This document shows, one piece after another, positions 13,385 to 26,714 of a stretch of 64,000 nucleotides of DNA. Origin of the DNA: Eledone cirrhosa (taxonomy: Eukaryota). Position 1 is the first letter of the stretch. Each line of letters opens with the position of its first letter. The translations under genes were made by a program, and so were the position numbers. The notes below the pieces were generated by a model. The model was not told the DNA's origin. It ran no database searches and saw only the letters and a list, made by a program, of their open reading frames with translations. The stretch covers positions 49,104,001 to 49,168,000 of the forward strand of contig OZ024750.1 of NCBI GenBank assembly GCA_964016885.1, written 5' to 3'.

Positions 13385-14108
13385 AGAGATCATTGTAAGA
13401 GACTATTCCGAGTTTTTAACTTAATATATACTTTTGGTATATATATATATATATGAATGTTTAATTAATTATTTGGTCGTCTATTTAAACATTATTCAAG
13501 TCTTACCGAAATACTCTACAAAAAATCTTATTGATTTTGTGTAAACTAAAATTTAACATTTCAGAGCTTTTATTAATAATGTTATGCCTTCCATTTATGA
13601 TGGGAGGAATTTCTGTAGTAGGGGTCACAACCTCTAGATATAAATGCATCTATATATAGAAAGGGCTGCGAGAGTTTTCACCAAGAAAGGAAGTCTTCCA
13701 GTTCTTTATTTTTAGCAACGAAATCAGATCCGACAGGGTCGTGCTAGATCTCTCATCAGCTCTTTTCCATGAGTGGCGATTGTTTTACCTCCTTTCCTTA
13801 AATCTAGTAGCTATTCTATCTATATATATATGTATAAGTCTTACTACTCGTTTTTACTTCACAATCATAAATAATATTTTTATATAAACAATTATTTCTC
13901 ATTGGGCAACTATTATGATTTCTGCAATTGCAATTATTTCATTGTTCCCTCTTTGTGTCTGTGTGTCAGTTGGTTTATATCATTTATGTTAATGATGCAA
14001 TCCCTATTATATGAGCTGCTGTTTCTTATTATAATAAATTTAATGATGAATAAAAAACGTGCAGTAGTCGGCAACCTTCATTCATCCAACCTTCTTCAGT
14101 TGAATATA

Positions 14109-14208
<100 letters not shown>

Positions 14209-14339
14209 AGTGGAATATATTCCTTATAACCCGATTGCTAACAGCTCACAATTGCTCAATTATATATGGATTGAATCAATCGACCGGCTCTCAGTGTGCT
14301 CATAAAATGTATATTCGTAATGTATAGGGTTGTCCGGAA

Positions 14340-15040
14340 TTCTAGGTTTCTGTTAAGGCAGAATAAGTGCAATTTTCAACTTGCCTAATACAGTAGCTTT
14401 ACAGTGCAAGCAATAGTGCAAAGACTTCATCAACGAACGCGATAATTATAGCGAGAGTGTGAAGCCATCTATCCAGATTGAGTGTGAAGGAATTACTGCT
14501 TTAATAAATAGTCGGCAGGAATTATTGACGTCACGCGTGGAGTAATGACTCATCGCTCACTATAGGACTGTGCTAAAAGCAGCAAAAATTCAAAGTGAAA
14601 TATATATGAAGTTTCTAGCCAAATTTAGACATGAAACTGTTTGAAAAAAAAAAGAATTGTTAAGAAATACAGAGGCAAAAACAATGATATGTATACCATT
14701 TACTCACATTTCTGGTTATTCTGTTAGCTGGGATAAAATATAGTATATCTTGTCGAGGTTACAGGAAGTATATTCGCTATAATCACAAATGCTCACAATT
14801 ACTCACTGAATGGGATATGTTTGAATGTATAATCGAGTGACAAAATTGATAATAGGGCAGTGGCACCTTTAGGTTTCTGTTAATGCTGTAATCTTTGATA
14901 AGTGCAATTTTTCAATTGCCGAATACAGTGGTTGCACAGTGAAAGTGAATAGTGCAAAAACCTCATCAGCGGCCAACATAATTACAGCGAGTGAGTGAGG
15001 CCATCTATCTAGAGTCTAGATTTTAGACTGAGCGGGAAGA
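14340..15040. repeat. Two diverged ~150-bp direct repeats (old element remnants)
   Basis: TAGGTTTCTGTTAA...ATAAGTGCAATTTT...AATAGTGCAAA...GCCATCTATC at 14343-14490 and 14870-15040. Confidence 0.55.
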
Positions 15041-15634
15041 CGTATAATTATTGGGAGAAAGATTTAAAGCAAATTTTGGATCGAGCGACATTAGAATATA
15101 TACAAGTTTAGCGTTGTTGTGCGTATAAGACCATCTTATCTACTTTCATGCTCTTCATTATATATCTAGCTAATCAGAGAATCTAACTATAATTTATTCT
15201 CAATAGGGACGTAATTATATTTAAGGAATGAGAGACACTTAACTCTTGAAGGAATGCGCAAAAGTATTGTACACTTTAGATGAAGTAAGGCCTATGTCTC
15301 TCCCGTTAAGAACACAGTTGATTTCTTCAAAAGGATGAAATAGAAAAAAAAACATAGAAGAAAAATAACGCTAAGAACTGGAGTGGTTCTTTATTTATCG
15401 GCATGTAAATGATGGAAAATTGAACTCGGCTGGATTTTAAGAGAGAGTAAAAGGATCTGACACATATACCGTGACACCGTGATATGTGTAATCTGCCAAT
15501 TCAAGGAATTTATGTACACATATTTATAGTAAATCAAATCACTGAAATCAAAGCAATTGGTTTCACATGGCTTCTGATTTAGTCACCCAATGCCAACAAT
15601 TTGGGGGAGGGAACAATTGATTAACACGATCCGA

Positions 15635-15740
15635 GCGACTTACTGGTACTTTATATGATCGACCCAATAAGGATGAAAGCTAAAGCTAACCTCGGCTAGA
15701 TTTGACCGATGCTCTAACGATACTTTCAATCCACCGTCCT
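15635..15740 (-). mobile_element. Older SINE copy related to family A
   Basis: TACTGGTACTTTATATGATCGACCC...GGATGAAAG...CCTCGGC...GATACTTTCAATCCACCG. Confidence 0.65.
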
Positions 15741-17049
15741 TAAAATGTACAATATATATGTAATAACCATTTACAGTGGGACGTTCATTAACCTTCTCGT
15801 TTTATTCCATTGGTGTTTAGAAGACTTTCAAATATGTTCAACCGATCAGACTCTGTTGTAGTATATTCCTCTTATGTTCATTTATAAGTTGAAACTTTGC
15901 CTTTAATTCATCTTATTTCGCTGAAATACAGTCTCACTCTAGGAAGCAGTTTGACAGATTTCTTAGAAACTTGATCAAGATACATTAGCTCCGTAAGAAT
16001 TCTCAGACCTTTGTCATAGTTTCTGCTGCTTCCATCTTCATATATATTATTGGCGTAAGATTTTTAAATGTGTCGTTTCACAATAATAAACAGATACATT
16101 TATTGAGAACCTCTACTTTAACGTTGGATATTTTGTGTGGTACCATAGTCTGTTGCTTCATTTTACTATCACAATATTGACTGGGGAGTAAAAGTTGCGA
16201 TTAGAATAAATGTATTATTTATAAATCCGTTCACTCACATAATGTATTTCATTTCAGCTTAATATTGAAATGCTGATGGCATATGTTGTGTATGCTAGCT
16301 GAATATAATTAAAGACTTTTATTATCGAATACATGGTGACATTTCTCTGATTAATGTTAAGCTAATCGCATAATATATTACGAAATTTATGTCTTTGAAT
16401 GTATGTTATATAGATGAATATAATTGTCACCAGGCTCTCACAAAGTTCAATCATGAATTATCAAAACATGATTTCTAACAAATAATGTAACATCAATAAA
16501 CTATATACGGACAGGTAAATATATATGTATATCTATTTTGGTATTTAGTTATTTGCCTGGCAGTCATAAGGCCCTGCAGGTTCGAGCCCATGGTGCAGCC
16601 TTTTCCTGATATGTCGTTTTCCATAGCTCCAGTTAGTGACATGCCTTGTACTGGAAATATAATAATTTCAAGCACTTTGGAAATACCTCGGCTAAACTGT
16701 ATTTGTAATCCAAAGTGGCAGCCTTGTAACACAGATTTTGATACTGAATCTCTCTGAGCATTACCTCCAAATGGTTTCGGCTTATTAACTATCACTCAAA
16801 AGGCTTACGGCAACTGTTAAAAATATACTTGACCAGTGGGATCAAGACTAGTGCCGTATGAAATGCTGCGATATGTGTAAGTCAATTCCATGAGCAGGCT
16901 CTACAGTTGATTTTACAAATTGAAAATTGGTAGTCGAAATCAACGGCGCGTCATAACATTTCTTGCGTTTATATGAGGCTGAGGTCAGTTTTGAATGTTA
17001 TACTTCAACCTAGATAAAATAATTAACCAGTTATATATTGGATTCCATA

Positions 17050-17205
17050 TATGGTGGTGAAATCGTTAAGCTGTTAGAACGTTGATAGAATGTTCAGCGC
17101 TAATCGTTCCGTCTCTTTATTTCGGAGTTCAAATCCCTCCAGGGTCACGTTTGCCTTTCATTCTTTGGAAATCGATAATACAAGTACCAGTCTAGTACTG
17201 GTGTC
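17050..17205 (+). mobile_element. Older SINE subfamily
   Basis: GGTGGTGAAATCGTTA...GAGTTCAAATCC...TTTGCCTTTCATTC...ATCGATAATACAAGTACCAG. Confidence 0.65.
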
Positions 17206-17968
17206 GATTCTTCCTCTAAATCCCTTTCACACCTCCTCTCCAACACCTGTTATCCTTCTATGGAAGAAGTAAACTGTGTTCAGATCTAGAGAGGAAGGGC
17301 TTCGCCAAGCTTGAAATGCAGTTGAGACGCCACTACAGCGCGCCTTAGACTCAATCAGGGTTTAAGGGACTATGCATTCCTCGCATACCGGTTTCCTCAT
17401 GATCGTATATAAACGTCACACCAAACTTAGGCATACTGCCTATTATTAGCTGCATATCATGGATAAATATATATATATATACGGAAGAGACATTTTAGTC
17501 ATTAAAATAAAGTTAAATTCACACAACATTTATCATTTACATATTATGCGTTAACATTTTGACACAAAGAAAAAAATATGCAAATAGGAATGTAAAGTCA
17601 ATGTAATAAAATAAATGTAAAGTGATAAATGTAAAGTGCATTTAACAGTTTTATTTTTGTGTGTAATCTTTAACCCCGAGCGACCGGTACTACAGGATAC
17701 CGCATGAGCAAGAAATTTTAGAAAAGTATAAAACAGCATTATGATGACACCACATGAAACAATTAATGTATTTACTGTAATACCGTGATTTTATACATCA
17801 ACCTATGCAGTATAAAATACTATAAACATTCGAATTAACCAACCTTTTTCGAGGTTTTCTGCGACACCATAACAGGATATGCATTATGTGTCTCTTCCAC
17901 GAGGTTTGAAGCACATTTAACAGACATGTTGAGATCGAATCACTAACCAAACATGTAGGAATCCTAAT

Positions 17969-18367
17969 ATACAAGAGTAGATGGAAAATTTCATGGGCTT
18001 ACCAAAATCCCCTTATGGAATAACCAAATGAGCTATATATTGCATCACAATCCCTGGGAAGAGACAAAGCAGTTATTATTAAGAAGATTTGGATTGGCAG
18101 TATCAGTTGAGGGTCGGACACCATGCTTTGGCGCATAGAGTTACGGCGCTTGCCATTCTGAGTTCAAATCCCGGTGAGGTTAACTTTGCCGTTCATCCTT
18201 ACGGGGTCGATAAAATAAAGTACCAGCAATGCGCTGGGCTAATTGCTGGCCTTGTGCCAAAAGCAGAACAATTATTAAGAAGATTTGAAATTAATGCCTG
18301 CAAGATTTCACAGCTCTGTCATGAATCGTTCATAGTCAAGCTATGAATTATTCAGCCTTCCTTGGTA
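17969..18367. mobile_element. Possible decayed mariner-type MITE interrupted by a SINE
   Basis: TA-bounded, diverged TIR-like ends: TACAAGAGTAGATGGAAAATTTCATGGGC and GCTATGAATTATTCAGCCTTCCTTGGTA. Confidence 0.35.
18090..18275 (+). mobile_element. SINE family A with 17-bp TSD
   Basis: ATTATTAAGAAGATTTG at 18075-18091 and 18271-18287. Confidence 0.9.
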
Positions 18368-19174
18368 CATTCTGCACGATGAAGTCCTTTTCAATAGTTT
18401 GTACTAGGAATTAAATTCATCCTTACTTAGATATTTATCAGGATCCGTTTACCTCCCCTTGCGACTGGTGATAGGCTCTTATTAAACTGCAAAACACGTT
18501 TCAATTTAGACGACGTTCATTTATGTAAATGCTACGAAGTAAAAGACCGTGTAATTTATACTCGAGCATAATTAGAGTGAACGTGTGTAATAGAAGAATC
18601 TCTCATATCAGGTGTCACATACACAGATAATTGGTATTGATACAAACACTTTACAAACACACACATATACACAAATACACACACGCACACATGCATATAC
18701 ACACATATATAGACATACACACATACACACATACACACATATATATATATATAAGGGTACATAATTTAATCTTTGGTAATTTAGATTTGTAATGTTATTC
18801 TTACTGTTATACAATCTGATAATGTATTCTTTACGGTCATATCGCTAATAGCCTACATTAAATGTTGACGTGAATGACAACAATAGATCGGAAGTTTGTG
18901 TACAACCATTGAACTCTCTCCAACATAATGACTGTGGCCATCCACAGACTTTCTACCTATCACCAGGTAGGTTCCGATTCTGCAATAGCTTATATTTGAC
19001 ATGCAATTATCTAGTTCCTAATTTCGTGTTTATTTCCCAATGCCGGAAATGCATTCACAATCTCATCCGCTTAATGTGATGCAATGGTGTCATGTGCATA
19101 AGATCGTTGATATTTAGAAACGAATTAGTTACTCATAAATATTCATAAATTATATTACTTTTCTCTAGTCATAG

Positions 19175-19340
19175 ATACAGGCATGGATATGTGGTGAAGA
19201 GAGTTCACCTCTCAATTGCATGTTTATGTGCCTTTGTTCAGCAGTGCGCCATTTTGAGCAAGTGGGCTCTGCTATGAAATCGGGTTGAGATTGACCAATA
19301 CTTGTGGTCGGAATTTGGTACACAGAATCTGCACAAATAC
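19175..19340 (+). mobile_element. Old tRNA-derived CORE-type SINE (second family)
   Basis: CAGGCATGGATATGTGGTGAAGA...TTGAGCAAGTG...GACCAATACTTGTGGTCGGAATTTGGTA resembles octopus CORE-SINEs (recalled, not searched). Confidence 0.5.
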
Positions 19341-20584
19341 TTTCTGTTATTGTATATCTGTGTTCAACTTATTACAAGCTGCTTTGTTAATAACATCATT
19401 GACACACACCACATCCAATACCAACATGCGAAACCTCATTGGCTGAGTTGTCAGTTGAACGTAGAGTTATATTATATAAATCTTTAAAGACATTTCTTCT
19501 TAAAATGCTGTAACACATTTTTGAAATATACATTATATTTATTAAATGTCTTGACCTCTATGGTCATAAGCTATGGAGTATTTTCTACATTCGTGTTAAA
19601 GCTATAAAATATTCTGTTTGCACAATTTTCTTGTGTGTTAAGAATAATTAAAATTTAAAATAATAAAACAATTGTTACATGTTGTCATGACGGAAATTTA
19701 TGGATATGGAGACAAGTCTATACGATAATGTAACTAATTTTCGTTTTTCTGCCTAACGGACTATGTCGCTTCACTAGTGGCTGTCACTTTCGTTAATATG
19801 AAATATTTAATCAATACAAAGTCTAATCTAAAGGTAAGGGAACCATGCTGATGTACTGTATAATGTCAGTAGATAACCTTTCATTGATACTAAATAAATC
19901 ATCAACAAATATCCTTAAAGTATCATGCCAAAAATGATATATCCTCTTACCCAATGAAACACATGAATATTGTTTAAGAAGCAAATAATCTTTTACTCCG
20001 AACATTTCACATTAAATAGATAAAAGTATATTTTAATCAAATTAAAGTAGATTATTTTAAGATTATAGATTTTGTAGAAGACCATGAGATTGAATCTGGA
20101 AATATCTTCTCTGTGGTTCATGGCTAGGCAAAATATTTTGTGGAAGACCCCCAGTCGCCTATACATGCTAGATCTACGATGCTGTTGTCCAAAGGAAAGT
20201 CCGAATGAGTTTAATATACACCATAATAACGCAATGCCTAGTCTTGCAATGAATTCCACGCCAGTGCAATCATAATCATAAACCGAAAACTCTAACAACA
20301 AAGCCAGGCATCTTCACAAATAATTTTATATTAATACAATATATTATTTCATATTTCAGAGTCTATACTCTTCTACAAACCTGCTTTGTTTTCAACTGTA
20401 ATATCATAGACATTATGACAATCTAGGAATAAGAATGTGTCACGCATTAAGTTCTTTGATGAACTGAACAACTTACTCGTCTAATTCATTTGTAAGACAA
20501 GGAGTATACTACAAACACTTGTACATTTAACCCAATTATCGTGACAATTCTCGTGATACACTTGAAGGTATTGAGGGTCAACAA

Positions 20585-20678
20585 GGGGCGACAATGGTAA
20601 GGTGCCACCCCGTGTTTTGAACGTGGGACCTTATGATTGTGAAGCGAACGTATTAACCAGTTCAGGCATCCTTGCATA
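20585..20678 (-). mobile_element. Old tRNA-derived SINE head fragment
   Basis: Minus strand GCAAGGATGCCTGAACTGGTTAA...GTTCAAAAC..GGTGGCACCTT. Confidence 0.4.
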
Positions 20679-20775
20679 TACGCATATACTTACACATACA
20701 CATCTTTTCTCTCTCTTTCTTCCTCTCTCTCTCTTTCTTCCTCTCTCTCTTTATCTCCATATATATATATATATA

Positions 20776-21915
20776 TATAGTTATAGGAATAACCAAAGAG
20801 TGCTTAGAAATACATTGTTTTATTAGTTAACAGTGTTTCATCCATAAGATATGGCAGGAATCATCAGAGCCTATAAACAAGAGCATATCAGTAGTTACAT
20901 ATCGGGAGAGCCAATACGATTTGTATTTACTGTTGTATAGTTGTATGCGGTACGATTCATTGGTTGAACGCCAACTTGGACATTCGCTGAATTGCACCCG
21001 GCACGTTGGATTGAGGGACCGAATGTGAGGATTCTAGCGAATGCCAGTTTCTGCGGGCCTGGCGTGTTTTCAAGTTCCTCACATCTGTGCCGGCTGTATA
21101 TGTACCATACATTTCTTTAACTCGTCGTACTTCCTTTTATTTTTTATTTTAGATTTTCTGTGTATATCCCAGACCGCCTATGGTGATAAATCCCTTGGGT
21201 ATAGGTTTTGAAAAATAGTGTTATCTCACTTAGCGTTCGGAACTGGAACATATCGGTGCGGATATGATAAGGAGAATCGACCTGTTAGAAGGCGATATAA
21301 TTGGAGTACACCATCCCACATATGGACTATCATACATGTAAGGTTGCACCACTGCTAACCAACTATTCTTTTCACAGACTCATGCTTGCAAACTCTCCTA
21401 AACCGCCTGTACACCCTGTTTTTGCACTGTTTGTGCTTTGATATATCTATGCTCTGTTTTGTCTTATATATTTGGGGGTTTCCGGGCTTGTTGTTCCGTT
21501 ATTGTTTTGTATTTTTATATTTATCTCTTTTCTTATACCAGTATTTTTGTACTTTTTTTATTATTTTTTTATTATTTTCTTATTGATTCTGATCATGCTT
21601 GTTACCCTCTCCCAACCTCTTTATCATCTATTGCACCATTTATGTGATAAATTGTTGGTGTAATTTTTAAATTTGTTAAGACATTTTATGACATTATGTG
21701 CAATGTATTCTGTCTTTTTCCATATAGCGCTGGCCTCGGGACCCCGTGCTGGTCCTTTAATCTTGTTCTGGTGACGCAGTTCGATGGAGCATGCAACTAC
21801 TGATATACACTTGTTTATAGGCTCTGATGATTCCTGCCATGGGGTATGGATGAAACACTGTTAGCTAATAAAACAATGTATTTCTAAGCACTCTTTGGTT
21901 ATTCCTATAACTATA
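20776..21915. mobile_element. Non-coding element with 125-bp inverted terminal repeats, each holding an outward-facing hammerhead
   Basis: 20776-20900 is the reverse complement of 21791-21915. HHR GGCT-CTGATGA-TTCC..GGAT-GAAAC-ACT-GTT-AGCT at 21820-21866 (+) and 20825-20871 (-). Confidence 0.75.
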
Positions 21916-23024
21916 ACGGCTCTGTAGTATTTCTAGTATTCATACATTCAGCTGAAACCACACTGTCATACCGAGGGCAATATATTTGCATGTCTGGGCT
22001 TATTGATATATTTGTCAACGAAACTATATATATATAAAATATTTCAGTCAAATATGTAAAATTTAGCTTCGTTTATTATAAATTATCGATATACTGTTAT
22101 AAATATTTCGGTGACAGCCCTGATTGGCTGTGGCCTCTTCTGGCAGTACGAATTGGTGTGGGAAAGACAGGTACACATGTTGTTGAAGTGTGTTTTACTC
22201 CGCCAATACATCGATAAGTCCAGCTGCTGGTTGTGTTGTTATTCTTCTGAGTAACTGGAATCATATTAGTTAGAAAAACAAATTTCTTCGTCATAGGAGA
22301 CGCTCGCATCCCATTGGTCAGTTGTGAGAATATTCCTCAGTCAAACGTCTATAGAAATTCTTCTGAGGCAAGACAATCTGTTGTAATTGTTTTTGTTTAA
22401 GTACAGCTGACCTCCTACACCGTGTTGTTAGTGGTATTGGTGTTAAGTGGTCAGCTGGCAGGTCAGCTTTAGTGTGCTGCTGCTACCTTCAGGAAAAAAT
22501 GTGTGTGTGTAGGTTGGCATCCATCCTGACACCATTTCACGTGGTGGTGGGGGGATGGTGGTGGGTGCCAAACAAATAAAAAAATAAAGAATACTTGTGT
22601 GTTACAAACAACATCAACATTTGAAAGATGTGAAACATATTAAGTGAAGTAGAAAACCTGTGTCAGAATCGAGAAGTGTAAAGAATTACAATTCTTATTT
22701 TATCACCGACTGGTGCGCTTTAAGAGCAAAGGAAATAAAAGTGGAGTGTAAAACACCATAAACCTGAGTGTCAAAATCCTGAAATGCAAAGGACTACAGT
22801 TCCTATTTCCGCATAAAGTACATATGCGTGTATGACAACGCACATCGTAGCAAGCACACACGCACAAACACAGGCGCAGGCGCATTCCAAATATATATAT
22901 ATAGGAGGTGAGTTTTATTGTAGCACAATAAAGCAATGCAAATATCGGATAAGTAGCACTCAACAGTTTATAGGACTGGAGTATAAATAATATAAAATCA
23001 AAAGATTGTTAAAAGAGTTCCATT

Positions 23025-23095
23025 TATTTTATTATGCGCATTTCAAAAACAAATATCATCATGGGATGATATTTGAGTTCTCAACAGATAAAATA
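23025..23095 (-). ncRNA. Hammerhead motif with one core mutation
   Basis: Minus strand: TATTTTAT-CTGTTGA-[long stem II]-GAAA-T-GCGC-A-TA-ATAAAATA, with an 8-bp stem I. A decayed homolog lies at 61922-61990 (+). Confidence 0.6.
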
Positions 23096-24967
23096 GCGAG
23101 ACATGATATAAAGCTTAAAAAACACTTGCGAGCAGGGAAGTGTCAAATCAACATATGAAAAATAAAATTAGAGGGATATATGAGATTGGAAAAAAGGAAA
23201 GGAAGGGGGAAATAAATGGTAAGGAAGAGGGAGAAAAAAAATAGATAGAAGAAAAAAAGATAATAATAAGGGAAGGATGACGGAGGAGGAGTATAAGAAG
23301 GAAGGATGAGAGATGAGGAGAAAATGAGAGAGAGAGAGAGAGATATATATATATATAACCTTTAATACTGAGAAACACTGTCTAACAGAGAAAAATAAAA
23401 ACAAACCGTTCTAAGATGATACAAAATTAAAAAAATTAAAGAATTAAAAGTTAATGAGGTTTATGAATGGTGATGCTTATGGTTAAACAAAGGAATTAAG
23501 AATATATTTATTTAAGGTTTATAAATAAACTTAAGGAAGAACTTAATATACAGATGCAGAGTAAAACCCCCGAAATCTGAGCACCTTTACAAAGGAGCCA
23601 CATCAACGACCTCCAATGACAGATGGTATAACCATCGCCTCTCCTTTAATATGGAGGACAAAAAGAAATGTACGGCTCTTTTTGAACTGATCTGAAGCTC
23701 AAGCTGGACAGGACCCCGTACTCCATGGCATGGTCCAAAATCAGGAAAGTACCACCTGATAAAGGGGGATCTGGCATCTGCAAACTATGTCTCAGCGAGA
23801 GCCTTGAGATACTAAGCGGTGGAAGCAGCCTAATAAACCATAGGACCGACTTCTTCGGTACATGTAGACACCTCAGGGCCGGGACATTCCTCAAGCTATA
23901 TGGACAATAAAAAGACATTGGGATGGGAACATCCCTCAAGCTATAAGGACAGTAGCCCTGCCACACCGAGCTCAAGTTAAACCACCCCCTATGCTCTCAC
24001 CACCCATACTTCCGCCTCGATCGACTCCTATGGCAACACATACTTATACATAGTCCATACATAGATTATGTTGTTTAAAATTATACATACATGGATACTT
24101 ACATGTATGTGTATATGTGTATATATGTATATATATATATGTGTGTGTGTGTATATATACATGTATGTGTGTGTATATAATGTGTGTATGTGTGGGTATA
24201 TATATATATACATATATATGAAATGCACCTGTGCCTGTGTTTGTGCGTGTGTGCTTGCATCGATGCGCGTTGACATACAAGCATATGTTCTTTCTGCGGA
24301 AATAATAACTGTAGTCCTTTGCATTTTCAGATTTTGACACTCAGGTTTATGGTGTTTTACATTCCACTTTTATATCATTTGCTCTTAAAACGCACGATGA
24401 TGACATAATAATTGTAATTATTTACACTTCTTCTCGATTCTGACACATAGGTTTTCTACTTCAGTTCAGGATGTTTCAAATCTTTCAAATTTTGATATTG
24501 ATTGTAACACACGCATGTTTTTATTTTTTTATTATTTTTATTTTATTTTTTTTATTTGTGTGGCAAACCTAACCACGTTAAATGGTTGCAGGATAGATGC
24601 AAACCTACACACACAATTTTTTCAGAACATAGCAGCAGCACTCTAAAACTGACCTGCCAGCTCACCCTTTAACACGACTGCCACTACCAACACAATAGAG
24701 GAGGTCAGCTGTACTTAAACAGAAACAACTACAACAGATTGTCTTGCATAAGGAAAATGTCTAGAGACCTTTGACTGAGGAATGTTCTCACAACTGACCA
24801 ATGGGTTGGGAGCGTGTCCCCTGTCGCCTGAATACGTCTGTTCTTACTCATATGAGTTCAGTTCCTCAGAAGAATAACAACCCAGCAAGGAGCTGGACTT
24901 ATCGATGCATTGGCGGTGTAAAACCTTTCAACAACTTATGTACCTGTGTTTCCCACACCAATTCGGA

Positions 24968-25020
24968 CTGCCTGAAGAGGTCACAGCCAATGATGGCTGT
25001 TACAGAAATATATATAGCAG
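24968..25020 (+). ncRNA. Canonical minimal type-I hammerhead in PLE pseudo-LTR
   Basis: CTGC-CTGAAGA-GGTCACAGCCA atga TGGCTGTTACA-GAAA-T-ATAT-A-TA-GCAG. An inverted, mutated copy lies at 22093-22147. Confidence 0.75.
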
Positions 25021-25169
25021 CATATCTATAATTTATAATAAACGAAGCCAAATTTTACATATTTGACTGAATTATTCTACATTACTCCGGAGTAAACAAA
25101 CCAAAATGCGTACACCATCGAGTGCTCCAATCTGCATACCGAGGTGTCGGTAAACAACCAATATATACT

Positions 25170-25204
<35 letters not shown>

Positions 25205-26062
25205 CAATAGTGGACTATTGTATGCGCCTTGCAGTGGAGAAACACCAGGACTCTGGCTTTACTGTGACACCGGCTCAGAGCAAGAGAGTTAAGGCGAAAA
25301 AGGTATCAGATGCTGAATTTGCCACGACATAGTTTTGGTGACAAATACAGTGAAGGAGGCAGGGGATTTGATGCGGGAGTTTGAGACAGTGTCAATTAGT
25401 GTGAGGCTAAGAATGAATGAGACTAAGACAAAATATATGGTAGAGAATTTTGAGAAGTCAGAGGGGATCACTAATGCCGGGAAACCGCTAGAATTGATTG
25501 AGGGCTTCCTGTATTTGGGAGCAAAGGTTGGGAATACGGAAGACGATGTGGTTGAGATAAAGCGTGGGTGGCGTGTCACAGCTTGATATCGGTGCTGAAG
25601 TCGGACCTTCGTAAAGACCTGAAAATATGCCTCTTCATTGCTGCAGTGCAGTATGTGCTGCTGTGCGGTTCTAAGACTTGGACACTGACCGAGAAACTCA
25701 CTCATATGGTGGATGGGTACCACACGAGAATGGTGGGGATGGCTCTGAACATTAATCAGTATACACTGAGGATGAAAAACTCAGAGCTGTATGTGAGCCT
25801 CCCAAAAGTCAGCTCAGATGTGACACAGAGGAGACTGATGTTAGCTCGACATGCTCACCGACATCCAGAGTTGACATTGCACTCAGTGCTCCTTTGGGAG
25901 CTCCTACATGGACACACTGGAAGAAGAAGACCAAGTTTAACGTATGTTGATGCCCTAAGGACAGACACTGGTCTGTTGGAGACGCAGGAAATGGTAGCGG
26001 TAATGTGGGACAGAGACCGCTGGAGAGAACTCGTCCATGAATCTCGGGAATTTTACCCGCAC
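25205..26062 (+). mobile_element. 5'-truncated RTE-type LINE (RT C-terminal half), frameshifted
   Basis: VDYCMR...VSDAEFA-DIVL (FADD region), LRMNETKTKYM, FLYLG, VLLCGSKTWTLT, LMLARHAHRHPE, GRRRPSLTYVD. Bounded by (TA)n. Confidence 0.85.
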
Positions 26063-26396
26063 TATATATATATATATATAGATGAGATGCTACAGGACTA
26101 GAACTGTTTCATTTTTTAGAAATCATCAGGAATCTGGGTTTCCAAAATTAAATGCCGTGGCATTTATATCTTTTCAGGTGGTACGAGAGGGTGGGGGGTG
26201 GGGGGTGGAGGTCATTGTTGGTGTGTATATATATATATATATATGTGTGTGTGTATGTATGTGTGTGTATGTATGTGTGTGTGTATATATGTGTGTATGT
26301 GTGTATATGTTTTTTATATGTATATATATATATGTATATATGTATATATAGGTGTATATATATATATGTATATAAGTCTGTATATGCATATATATG

Positions 26397-26455
<59 letters not shown>

Positions 26456-26590
26456 AAGTGTATATTTATATATATATATGTGTGTGTGTATGTATGTATA
26501 TGTTTGTGTATATATATATATATATGTATATATATGTGTATGTGTTTATATATGTATGTATATATATCTATCTATATATATATACATGTA

Positions 26591-26627
<37 letters not shown>

Positions 26628-26714
26628 GTAAATATATATGCCTATGACTTTCCTGTGTATACTCTCCTCTCCTTACGTTATTTCTGTTTGATTTTCCCTT
26701 CCCCGTCTCTGCCC

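Larger units (their letters stand above)
22040..25075 (+). mobile_element. 5'-truncated Penelope-like element with inverted ~850-bp pseudo-LTR
   Basis: 22040-22895 is a diverged reverse complement of 24214-25075. Internal 23560-23910 encodes a PLE endonuclease C-terminus, ICKLCLSESLEIL...LINHRTDFFGTCRH. Confidence 0.8.

Noticed and set aside
15900-16700. Possible very old RTE RT remnant on the minus strand (KMEAAE; RKGCTM)
   Set aside because: Too few residues match to support a feature without an alignment.
19990-20300. ORFs at 19993-20301 and 20084-20275, possibly a mariner remnant
   Set aside because: No clear DDE motif or homology recognised.
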